From NCBI RefSeq assembly GCF_006345805.1, contig NC_042999.1, positions 86,118,001-86,182,000 of the forward strand: a stretch of DNA of 64,000 nt. Reading direction: 5' to 3'. Each line of letters starts with the position of its first letter. The stretch's first letter is position 1. Positions 41,060 to 53,934 of the stretch are shown here, piece after piece. Position numbers and translations under genes: made by a program. The DNA comes from Octopus sinensis (taxonomy: Eukaryota). The notes under the pieces are model-generated. The model ran no database searches. It saw nothing but the letters and a program-made list of their open reading frames with translations, and was not told the origin of the DNA.

Positions 41060-41400
41060 GTGTGCTTTTACAGAGAGGATGGGATACACTTACCAGATTG
41101 ACAGAGGATGAAAGACACAGAGAACGGTAAACTATGTAAAAGAGTGAGGAGGGGAAGCAATCGCATTTGAACAGCGTTGAATCCTGGCTGATAGAAGTGA
41201 AAAACGAAGAATTTTACGGACATTGCATTGAAAAATAAGATTATATTGAAAAACTAAAATGGTACAGAGGAATAGGGCTTGGCCAATTTATGAAGCGAAA
41301 AGTGAAGCAGATAAGTATGCACCGTTAGAAAGAATGGAGAGGAAAATCAGCGATACAAATATGTGCAGTAGAAGATAAATCACTATGAACTAATTATGTG
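41060..41400 (+). mobile_element. Possible RTE-like LINE fragment
   Basis: GKLCKRVR (41126-41149) followed by LNSVESW resembles the RTE GKLY..VR...LYGxExW block; weak. Confidence 0.4.
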
Positions 41401-42136
41401 AAATATCACATCGGTTAAAGCATAGAATCAGTAGACTAAAAAGTGAAGCAGTGAATTACATTGTGAGTGCAGTACACAAGCACGAATGAAATATAACACT
41501 GCCAGGATTGTGTACCGAAAGTTATGCAAGAAACAAGCTCCACAGAAAAGAGAATTGGTGTGTGCTTGTCTCAGTCGTAGACTGATGTGAAGCAACTTTA
41601 GGACTTCAACTTTCACTGTGATCACGAAATATTATATGAGACAAGACTTGCTATTGAATTGTTGAAAGATAAAACATGTACTATTGGATAAATGATTATC
41701 AACACCCGGACATAACAGGGTAAGTGAAAAGGAAAAGATTGAGTAGTATCAAAATTTGAGGAGAGAAACTGCTTTTTTGTGCAGACTGGTGAAATTGATG
41801 CCGTTTAATGTTCCGTTTAAACTGTTGCAGGCCAACATTTGCAGGAAAGCCATGAGTAGGGAAATGATTTCGGTGGGAAGACGATCTAGAGAGGAAGGAC
41901 TGAGCATAATGTTTAGAGGTGTAGGGGTTGGGACACAATAAAAGTTATGAGAGGTGGAGACACAAATAGATCGGGGTGACTGAATAGGTAAGGTGCGAGA
42001 TCAGAGAGGTGATGTTAACTGATAGAATGAAAAGGTAAAGTTCCCGGAAACAGAAGACAATGACGCGAGCAGAACATTTTATACAGAAATTGTTTTCACT
42101 GTACTGAAAAGTATCGTGATCAGAAATCGTTTCAGT

Positions 42137-42830
42137 GGCTGAAAATGGGAATATTGAAAAAAGAGACTGTGGGATTGATTGTAGATGCACAGGAACAAGC
42201 CGTCACAAATAATATAAATAAAGAAAACGTCTCGGCTGTATATAGAATGTGTGGTGAAAAGAAGAGATGGTTACATATGAAAAATGCTTCTCAGAGAATG
42301 AATAACTGGAAACAAGGTAAAGTTGTCACTATCATACACTTGCAAGTCTGCATAAACTTTGAATTCGAACATGTACTAAAAATGGTATGACCATATAACA
42401 GAACATGTTCTTGAAACGGATATGCAAAGGTACTATGAGATATGGAAATTCAACTGGATAGGCAAGTAGAATATTCACACCTACATATAATCATACTCAA
42501 GAAACAGGACAGAATTTGTTGCTTAATTAATGTTGTTTACTTGTTTCATACAAGAGTAGAAGAATAGAACGTGAGAAAATAAAATACTAGGAACTAAAAT
42601 TTGAACTCCAGTGAGTCTGGAATTGTAGTAAAGTTATCATTAACCTAACTGTAATAGGAGCCTTAGAAACTGTTGCAAGAGGTTTGAATGGCTGGCTGAA
42701 AACACGGAGATGAATTTCCTTATACCACAGAAAGCCTGTTTAGGACTATAAGGATGGTACTAGATACCTAAGGTTGAGGGATGCAACTTAATATCTAGTT
42801 ATCTAATACCATGAAAAATCAGAAACAAAA
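42137..42830 (+). mobile_element. Decayed 3' fragment of an R4/Dong-like LINE
   Basis: WLKMGILKKETVGLIVDAQEQAV, YRMCGE and VIGALETV. Confidence 0.8.
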
Positions 42831-43192
42831 ACAAAAACGAAATGATTAGTGAACGAAAATAAACACCACCACCACCACCACTACTACTAATAGTTTCAAA
42901 TTTTGGCACTAGGCCTGCAGTTTTGTGGAGTAGAGATAAGTCACGGGCATCTGCCCCTGTACTTCACGGCGCTTTATTTTATTGACCCGAAAAGATGAGA
43001 AGTATGGTTGATTTTGGCGAGATTTGAGCTCAGAATGTAAAGATTCTGCTAGTTTGCATAATAATTGATTTACAAATAACTGACCATTCCATAGTTTATT
43101 TTCCGTTCACCTAGATCATTAGACAATGTATACCTGAAGCAGTAATGAAACACAGTCATAGAAATTGGTAAAAACTGAACTAGGCTATCAAA

Positions 43193-43535
43193 GCTGGGAA
43201 GTTGAATGGCCCAGTGGTTAGAGCGTCGGGCTCACAATCATGAGGTAGTGAGTTTGATACTCGGACTGGGCTGTGTGTTGTGTTCTTGAGCAAGACACTT
43301 TATTTCACGTTGCTCCGGTCCACCAGCTGTAGAAATGAGTTGCGATGTCACTGGTGTCATGCTGTAACGGTCTTTTCCTTTTCCTTGGATAACATCGGTG
43401 GTGTGACGTGGGGAAGCATGTACGCATCGGCGGCTGATAGTCTTCCATAAACAACCATGCCTAGACTTGTGCCAAGAAAAGGGAACTTTCCAGGTGTAAT
43501 TCCACGGTTATTTACCGAAGTGGATCTTTTCCCTT
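43193..43535 (+). mobile_element. SINE family D, plus orientation
   Basis: tggcccagtggttagagcgtcggg...gttgtgttcttgagcaagacactttatttcacgttgctcc...; inverted relative to 48720-49055. Confidence 0.88.
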
Positions 43536-45201
43536 TATTAAAGCTATCATTTTACCCAGAAAAATATGTTAGGACCATATTCTAAAAATAATACGCAATT
43601 GGCGATGTGATGGTACAGCATATAAACATGACTGACGGTAACTACCAGCATTGTTTTGGGTTCTTATATCTTTTGATTGAGCTGCAACGGTATCGTTTTG
43701 TCATATATTGCTTGTTTTAGATCTGGCGGAGTTCATCCTTATTCAGGTCAGAGCACAACCTATTTCTTACAGAAAGAGAATCAGACTTATAGAGACAAAA
43801 ATCTGTTCTAGTGAAAAACTGGTGGTATATTTATCGATCCTAGAGATGAAAGGCAAAATTAACTGGCGTTCAGCTTGAATTAAAAGCATAAAGAACCGGA
43901 GTAATTGTCGCAAAGCAATCGACCTCACACTCTAACGACTTTGCCCACTTGCCACTTAATCCCCCAGTATAAGAATTTAATCTAAAAACTTAAATTTGGC
44001 TACTAAAAGGGATCCAAGTGTACCAGGAAGAAAGGAGAAAAAATATTAGGAAGAATTCTGTAGAATGATCCGAAACGCTTTTCACAGTAAGCTCATTTTA
44101 GAAGCACTATAAAAGTAAACAGTTACAGTTTTTCTGTAAACAGAAGGATATAGAAGACAGCCTCATTTCAACACCACAGATTTCACAATAATGTAGCAAG
44201 TGAGGCAAGGGAAACAGAGCAGCACAAACAGCAACAAAGGGTAGTGTAAAATGTAAATAAAGCCAACGAAAAGAAAACAATGTAAAGAAACCTTTGTACA
44301 GAGAGTATCTCTTCCCAACTAAACAAAGAAGCTTGCGACGCATACATCATGTGCATATTGGCTGACATTCCTAAGTATTAATAATACAGAAACAGGAAGT
44401 GATAGTTGCAGGACACAATCAACACTTCAACACCGAACACTACAAGAAAATAATCTTGAAATATTCGGAAACTCTAAATGCCGCATGTGCAGACAATTTG
44501 ATGAGATATTTAATCATGTACTTTACATGATATCCAATGTTACCTGACATTGAGTTCTGGCGCAGTCATAACAGATCAGCTGGATACCCACAAAATACAA
44601 TGTGTAAACACTACTAGATCTTATCGTGATGGCATTGTATAACTATTTAGTATAAGGCATTGTATAACTATTTAGTATAAGAGAGTGAAAGGGTGACAAG
44701 GAGAAGGAGATGTGAGGGAATGTGAGAAAAAGTGCGTGCGTGTACCAGAGAGAGCGATAGAGAGGAGAGAGAGAAAGGGAGAAAGAGAGGGTGAGAAAGA
44801 GGGAGAGAGATAGAGTGATAGAGATTAACTGAAATATCAATAATCGAGCATAAAAATATGCATATTGGCCATAAATAGCTGCAAACCGCACGACGGTAAC
44901 GATAACATGCACCTTAATTAGTACGTTATGTATAATCGGCAAAACATTGAAATTGAGGAGACACGGAGATAAATGATACTGAACATTTTGGGCAGGAAAC
45001 CAAGAATAGTATCCGTATAAGTTTGATCACTGGATGTTCTAAACAGGAATACCCGAAAGAATAGAATTTCTAAGGCAAATCAACAATACAAGAATTTAAG
45101 AAGAAAGATATTAGAGATATATAAATATAGCCGAATTGTACAGAAACTATAAATATATCTGTGAATATATATTTCTACGCAAATTACAGTGATTCATTCA
45201 T

Positions 45202-45202
<1 letters not shown>

Positions 45203-45281
<79 letters not shown>
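45203..45281. repeat. (TCTA)n microsatellite
   Basis: Seen directly. Confidence 0.95.
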
Positions 45282-45282
<1 letters not shown>

Positions 45283-45343
45283 ACCTGCGCATATACGTAT
45301 ATGTATACCGGCGCATCTATGTACATGTACACCTGAGCATATG

Positions 45344-45381
<38 letters not shown>

Positions 45382-45382
<1 letters not shown>

Positions 45383-46431
45383 TAGCAGTATCACACGGTG
45401 TTGCTTGGGTTTGTTTCGACCCTTTAGAATTGGAATTTTTGAAAAGTAAAAATTTTGCATTATGCATCTTGTTATTCTCTTCAAGTGAACATTTTCCAGT
45501 TGAAATACACCGAAAAATGGTGACACAGCAGTCAAAAATCGTAAAAAATAGGGATTTTCATAGAAAAAAAGCACCTTTTTGATGTAAATAATTTTTGGTG
45601 TTAACAGGGTCCGATTTGAATTTTGTCTTCTACAGAATGAAGAGCAAGCCTTCTTCTATCATACTCTCAATTTTGGTCAACTTGCGCTGCGGGGTCTCGA
45701 AGAAGATAGTGTTAGTTGAAGGCTACCAAACCTGCCACACACAGACAACTTCAGCTTTATAAAAATAGATTTGCTACACACTACTTTCCATCCTTAATAA
45801 TGAAACTTGGCAGATCCAAAAGTTAAACACACAGACACACAAGTTGAGTTTTATATATATAGATTTCTCAACGGGGATTTCAGGGGAGAGTTTCAAGGAG
45901 TCGCTGGCGATGTATCGTGATGTCAAACTGCAGACTCAACGCAAAATGGTCACATTTAGTTCAAAGCGTTAAAAATGTTATGAAAACAATTGGTATGTGT
46001 TCACAAAGTCCAAACGATTAATACGAAAAACCCCTCCAGGCTACATCCCGAAAATTCATTTCTTTGCCGAATTTCTACAATGCTTACGGCGATTCGTTTT
46101 TATATCTTGATTTTTAATTTTTCATGCAATTTACGCATGCTTGCACGCGTGGTGAACACAGTTCACGTCAAACAGCTGACTGAGTAAAGTTCACTATTCA
46201 ATGCATGGGATAAGGCCTAAACAAACACATTATCGATTTTTGCACTTGCGAGATGAATTTCGGAACAGAAATAGCGCAGTTCAATTTTCATTCGCCTAAA
46301 CTTTAAGTGACCCATTTTTGGTGGTTCTACGATTTGTTGGCTAGGAGGAGATGTGCCGGAAAGTTAAACACACAGACACACACACAGATACACACACAGA
46401 CACACAAGTTGAGTTATATATATATATATAG
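45382..46431 (-). mobile_element. Non-autonomous Helitron-like composite: one CTAG 3' end, three 5'-type ends
   Basis: On the minus strand it ends CTAG|T (45382) after a degenerate GC-rich hairpin. A|TCTAT...AA[AG]CT starts occur at 45769 and 45863, with a degenerate one at ~46431. Confidence 0.65.
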
Positions 46432-46600
46432 TAAATCCAAAATAAGAAGAAAAAACACAAAAAACAACGCGAGGACGTGGTAGATGTAAAGTATTATCAG
46501 ATGCTCAGGGGAGGAAAGAAAGATGGCTTAGCGTTTCGAGCACCGCTCCTCTTCAGAAATAGAGGAAAGTCCAATAGAAAGGAAGACGGTGGAAGCTACA
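46432..46600 (-). mobile_element. Penelope-like pLTR fragment with a hammerhead-like motif
   Basis: Minus strand: ttt CTGAAGA ggagc ggt gctc GAAAC gct aag (46556-46527). Confidence 0.55.
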
Positions 46601-46755
46601 TTACTCCAAAATATGAGAAACAAATTGTGACTCTAGTATGAGAAGAAAGAGTAAGGAAAACAAATATATTATTATCATTAATAATATTGTTATTGTTATT
46701 ATTATTATTATTATTATATTATTATTATTATTAATATTATTATTATTATTATTAT

Positions 46756-46792
<37 letters not shown>

Positions 46793-46794
46793 TC

Positions 46795-48086
<1,292 letters not shown>

Positions 48087-48087
<1 letters not shown>

Positions 48088-48677
48088 TGCCCTGATGCAG
48101 TACGTATGCCCTGATGCACTAATATGCCCTGATGCAGTACCAGGCAGTGGCTCTCATGGCTTCTGATCTTAATTGATTGGAAGTGTTATCATGTACATTG
48201 TTTTGTCTTGGTATAAAAGATGGGCTACAGCAAATATTCTGCTCAATACCACAGATTTGCTTGTCAGTTGTTTGACCTTAACCAGTTGAGCATGTCCCTT
48301 AGTGGCTGCGATATGTGCATCTCTGATCACGAGCAGAAGTACTGGGGGAGCATCATAGCCATGTGTTGAGAGGGATTCTTTGGGGTTTGAATAATTCACC
48401 TCTGGAAACATGGGTGGTTCTTTCAACATCCTTAAACAACCCTTATTCAGGGACCTTCTGAGCGGGATGGGCTACTCAACCTGAAGAAAATTCTAACCGG
48501 GCCCCACCTGCAAGGTCATGTGCTGTTTATCTTGAAATGAGATCATCATGTTGCGCACATATGGTTGTGATGCATGTGCCTGGTGTACCCTTATCAGACG
48601 GGTAGTCATGTGGGTATATTGGGCTTCGTATATTTTACCCCAGAGTCACTTTGATGGCATGAACTGCTCTCTCCCTC
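48087..48677 (+). repeat. Unclassified non-coding interspersed repeat, longer copy with a triplicated left end
   Basis: ATGCCCTGATGCA occurs three times (48087, 48106, 48124); (AAT)n on both sides; no Pol III boxes recognised. Confidence 0.85.
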
Positions 48678-48719
<42 letters not shown>

Positions 48720-49054
48720 CGGTCGGTCGGGACCCCCTTCGGTCACGACACTGACCATGGGATTGCACCTAGAAAGTTACCCTCCTAGTCACAAGTCTGG
48801 GCAAGGTGGTTTATGGAAGACCAGCAGTCACCCATGCATACCGGCCTCCCCTCTCCACGCCACCAGTGTTATCCAAGGGAAAGGCAAAGGCCGATACAGC
48901 TTGGCACTTGTGACGTCGCAACTCATTTCTACAGCTGAGTTAACTGGAGCAACGTGAAATAAAGTGTCTTGCTCAAGAACACAACACGCAGCCCGGTCCG
49001 GGATTCGAGCTCACAACCTCACGATCGTAAGCTCGACGCTCTAACCACTGAGCC

Positions 49055-49055
<1 letters not shown>
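48720..49055 (-). mobile_element. SINE family D, near full length (duplicated at 49894-50229)
   Basis: Minus-strand head tggctcagtggttagagcg...gagctcgaatcc; tail ccatggtcagtgtcgtgaccgaagggggtc; inserted in (ATT)n. Confidence 0.9.
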
Positions 49056-49096
<41 letters not shown>

Positions 49097-49129
49097 GTAA
49101 TAATAATAATGATAATAATAATAATAATG

Positions 49130-49175
<46 letters not shown>

Positions 49176-49339
49176 GTTTTTCAAGTGCTTAAGACCCCAC
49201 CCCAAGATTTTCTTAAGCACTTGAAAGATTATTGAAAGCTTGTGGATAGCTAAGGTTACAGGTAGTAACCTGCAACCCACATAAATTCTACCAAAAATAA
49301 GAATGAACCTGAGTCAAATCCATAATAATGATGATGATG

Positions 49340-49384
<45 letters not shown>

Positions 49385-50228
49385 TACTTTTCACACCTTA
49401 AAGGAAAAGTTATGTGGTACTCATATGAACCTATAATTATCAGGGAATATAACAATGTGAACTAGTATACAGACAAGCCATCAGAGAACACACAATAAGT
49501 CTGAAGTAATTTTCAGTGGCAAAAATAATAATAGTGTGCTAATAATGCATACTGCAATACCGAATGATTATAATGTGAGCTTAGTTAAGGAGCTACACAG
49601 AGTAGCTATCAAATTAAATACATTATAGCAGTGAAGCAGTTGTCAGTCATTCCATATATAATTTGTACAACTGCAATAATAAACAATTTCTTCTATAAAG
49701 ACGTCGACAAGTTAACTATGAAGATAGACAGAGCAAGTTCTAGAAGAGACGAGATGTAGTTAATAAAGTGCATTTTGTTAAATCTTGAATACTTGGTTTA
49801 TTTTTCCCAGATATACTTTAATTTTGGTGTAGGAATGAAATACTGATGTATTTCTCAAATTATGAATAACAAATAACAAATAATAATAATAATCGGTCGG
49901 TCGGGACCCCCTTCGGTCACGACACTGACCATGGGATTGCACCTAGAAAGTTACCCTCCTAGTCACAAGTCTGGGCAAGGTGGTTTATGGAAGACCAGCA
50001 GTCACCCATGCATACCGGCCTCCCCTCTCCACGCCACCAGTGTTATCCAAGGGAAAGGCAAAGGCCGATACAGCTTGGCACTTGTGACGTCGCAACTCAT
50101 TTCTACAGCTGAGTTAACTGGAGCAACGTGAAATAAAGTGTCTTGCTCAAGAACACAACACGCAGCCCGGTCCGGGATTCGAGCTCACAACCTCACGATC
50201 GTAAGCTCGACGCTCTAACCACTGAGCC

Positions 50229-50270
<42 letters not shown>

Positions 50271-50303
50271 GTAATAATAATAATGATAATAATAATAATA
50301 ATG

Positions 50304-50349
<46 letters not shown>

Positions 50350-50525
50350 GTTTTTCAAGTGCTTAAGACCCCACCCCAAGATTTTCTTAAGCACTTGAAA
50401 GATTATTGAAAGCTTGTGGATAGCTAAGGTTACAGGTAGTAACCTGCAACCCACATAAATTCTACCAAAAATAAGAATGAACCTGAGTCAAATCCATAAT
50501 AATGATGATGATGATAATAATAATA

Positions 50526-50560
<35 letters not shown>

Positions 50561-51055
50561 TACTTTTCACACCTTAAAGGAAAAGTTATGTGGTACTCAT
50601 ATGAACCTATAATTATCAGGGAATATAACAATGTGAACTAGTATACAGACAAGCCATCAGAGAACACACAATAAGTCTGAAGTAATTTTCAGTGGCAAAA
50701 ATAATAATAGTGTGCTAATAATGCATACTGCAATACCGAATGATTATAATGTGAGCTTAGTTAAGGAGCTACACAGAGTAGCTATCAAATTAAATACATT
50801 ATAGCAGTGAAGCAGTTGTCAGTCATTCCATATATAATTTGTACAACTGCAATAATAAACAATTTCTTCTATAAAGACGTCGACAAGTTAACTATGAAGA
50901 TAGACAGAGCAAGTTCTAGAAGAGACGAGATGTAGTTAATAAAGTGCATTTTGTTAAATCTTGAATACTTGGTTTATTTTTCCCAGATATACTTTAATTT
51001 TGGTGTAGGAAATGAAATACTGATGTATTTCTCAAATTATGAATAACAAATAACA

Positions 51056-51057
<2 letters not shown>
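48720..51057. repeat. Near-identical tandem duplication, period 1174 bp (48720-49880 and 49894-51057)
   Basis: Identical by eye except +2 nt in an AAT tract and +1 A at ~51011; the units are bounded by (AAT)n. Confidence 0.95.
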
Positions 51058-51119
<62 letters not shown>

Positions 51120-51147
51120 GTAATAATAATAATAATAATAATAATAT

Positions 51148-51387
51148 TTCGTTTTGGGATTTGGTTTGCAAGATTCTTTATATGGGTTCGTGTGTTGAAG
51201 CATATTCTGTTGTGTCTGGGGAGAGTCATTTTCTTTTTGTGCCTTATAATGTAACACACTCACCGGTAAAATTTCCGCTTATTTCTTATTAAAAAATAAA
51301 AGTAAGAAATAAGTGAAAATTTTACTGGTGAGTGTGTTACATTATAAGGCACAAAAAGAAATGACTCCCGCCAGAAACAACAGAATA
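51148..51387. mobile_element. Foldback/palindromic element, ~88-bp arms around a 10-nt loop
   Basis: 51203-51290 against the reverse complement of 51301-51387 shows about 8 differences; flanked by AAT tracts. Confidence 0.8.
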
Positions 51388-51877
51388 ATAATAATAGTTG
51401 TATGTAACACAAGCACATGACCTGCAGTTTGGCGGGAGAGGATTGGTTGATTATATTACTGTTAGATTTTAACTTGTACTTTATTCCATTGGCCCCGAAA
51501 ATAATTAAAATCATAGACGACTTTGGAGGGATCTTAATTACGTACATAAAAAAACGAACCCCGCACCCCGAAAAAATAGGTATTTTCTCGACGATCTACC
51601 CTGTTAATCCACCTCCATTTATAATAGTAGAAATTACAGTAATAGTAGTTTAGAAACAATGACTTTTTTTTCTAAAACGGGCAGAAAACTATACATTTTA
51701 GTGAAGAATATATTCTATCAAGTGATCCTTGTATTTGACTGAATTATTTTTTATAAACTCTTGACGCATAGAGAGGCGCAGTCGAACCCATCTTTATTTG
51801 AATTAAGAACGTAAGAGGACATAAGTAAATACTACAACATTTTGTTTGATGCTTTTCCTAATTTGAAACCCTATGCA

Positions 51878-51947
<70 letters not shown>
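51878..51947. repeat. (ACT)n microsatellite
   Basis: Seen directly. Confidence 0.95.
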
Positions 51948-52697
51948 AAGGAACATTAAAAGAAGAGACCGAGAGCATTATACTGGCAGTGCAAGACCAA
52001 GCTATAGCCACGAACCTTTGGAATGAGCAAGTGTCTCCGCTGTGTCGTATCTGTAATAGAGTGGATGAAACCCTTGCCCATATCACAAACGAATGCCCTA
52101 GTCTTGCCCAAAATAACTACAAGTTATGGCAACAGGATTAAGTAGCGAAAGTGCTACATTGGAAACTGTGCGAAAAGTGGGTGCTAGAGAGAGGCAAGAC
52201 GCGGTATGAGCACAAACAGCAGAGATTGGCGGAGTCGGAGACTAGCAAAATCCTCTGGGATTTCCCAATCCAAACAGATCAGGTGTTAGAGCATAACAGA
52301 CCGGACTTAGTGGTGGTCGACAAGATGCACCACATGTGCTTTATAGTTGATGTTGCATGCCACTTTGACCCACGAGTAGTGAAGAAGGAAGGCGAAACAA
52401 CAAAATACAACCCTCTTAAGTATGAAATAGTCCGGCTATAGAAAATAAAGAAAGTGAAGATTGTGCCAATTATTGTTGGGTCCTTGGGGACAGTATCAGA
52501 AGGCATCAAAAGGAATATAAAGGAGATTGGAATAAAGCGTCCAGTAGAACTGTTACAAAAGGTTTGCCTCCTTTGCACGGTCAGAATAACCAGGAAAGTA
52601 TTAGATAGTTGAAAAGAACAGACAGCATGGTACCGTAGGCTGCAGGTAGCAAATTACTACGTAAGACTCCAGGAGTTCCAACAAAATCCATGATAAA
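51948..52697 (+). mobile_element. 5'-truncated R4/Dong-like LINE (CCHC knuckle plus RLE nuclease)
   Basis: CRICNRVDETLAHITNEC; KILWDFPIQTDQVLEHNRPDLVVVDK...IVDVAC; VPIIVGSLG; stop ~52612. Confidence 0.92.
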
Positions 52698-52745
52698 AAT
52701 AAATAATAATAACAACAACAACACAACAACAACAACAACAACAAC

Positions 52746-52784
<39 letters not shown>

Positions 52785-53519
52785 TGGAGGGTCTAATCTG
52801 CGCTACCCAAGAGCAAGCACTAAGAACGAATTGCATCAAATACAGAATAGAAAACGCATTAGGAAGTTATAAGTGCAGAATTTGTGGACAAAATGGTGAA
52901 ACCGTATGGCATATTACCAGTCAATGTACGCCAATAGCCCAGAAAGAATATAAGAGACGTCATGACAATATAGCAACAATTGTTCATTGGACACCTTGCA
53001 ACAAGTATGGACTTGATAGAGCAAAAAAGTGGTACGAACATAAACCCGAAGGCATTATCAAAAATGATAATACAAAGATCCTATGGGATTTTATGATTCA
53101 GTGCGACCATGAAATAGAGAATAGGAAACCAGGCAGTGTTAATTGAGAAAGAAAGCAAACGATGGTAGATCATAGATATATCATGCCCAGCTGACTACAA
53201 GGTATGCCATAAGGAAGAAAGAAAAGTCGATAGATTTGACAAGTTAGCTTCGGAGGTTAAGAAGTTGCGGTCGATGAAAAAGGTGGTAGTAGTACCAATA
53301 ATTGTCGGAGCTCTGGAAACAAGGGATAAAAAATTTGAGAAGTACATGCAACAAATTGGGGCTGCAATAAGGATGGAGCACTTTCTGAAAACAACACAGC
53401 TTGGAACCGCTTGGATACTCCGTATGGTGCTTGAAAAATAAAGGCTGTTACCTTAGTTCACTGGTAGTGAACAGTTGGTACCGTAGCACATCTCCAGCGT
53501 TAGAAGCTGTGCAAAGACA
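52785..53519 (+). mobile_element. Second, different-family 5'-truncated R4/Dong-like LINE
   Basis: EGLICATQEQALRTN, CRICGQNGETVWHITSQC, KILWDFMIQCDHEIENRKP and VVPIIVGALE; (AAT)n on both sides. Confidence 0.92.
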
Positions 53520-53568
53520 ATAAATAATAATAATGATGATGATGATAATGATGATAATAATAATGATA

Positions 53569-53600
<32 letters not shown>

Positions 53601-53624
53601 AATAATAATAATAATAATAATAAT

Positions 53625-53777
53625 CTTTCTGCTATGGATACAAGGCCTGAAATTTTGGGGAAGGAGGCTAATCGATTACATCGACCCCGTTGCGTAACAG
53701 GGATTTATTTCATCGACCCCGAAAAGATAAATGGCAAAGTCGACCTCAGCTGTATTTGAACTCAGACTGTAAAGCAG

Positions 53778-53780
<3 letters not shown>
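53625..53780 (-). mobile_element. SINE family B, 5'-truncated, between (AAT)n and (AGT)n(AAT/AAC)n tracts
   Basis: caaggcctgaaattttgggg...ggcaaagtcgacctcagc.gtatttgaactcag. Confidence 0.85.
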
Positions 53781-53816
<36 letters not shown>

Positions 53817-53848
53817 ATAATAATAATAACAATAACAATAACAATAAC

Positions 53849-53880
<32 letters not shown>

Positions 53881-53901
53881 TAACAATAATAATAATAATA
53901 A

Positions 53902-53934
<33 letters not shown>

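Noticed and set aside
44631-44680. 25-bp perfect tandem duplication ggcattgtataactatttagtataa
   Set aside because: Only two units and no spacer; ordinary local duplication, not CRISPR-like.
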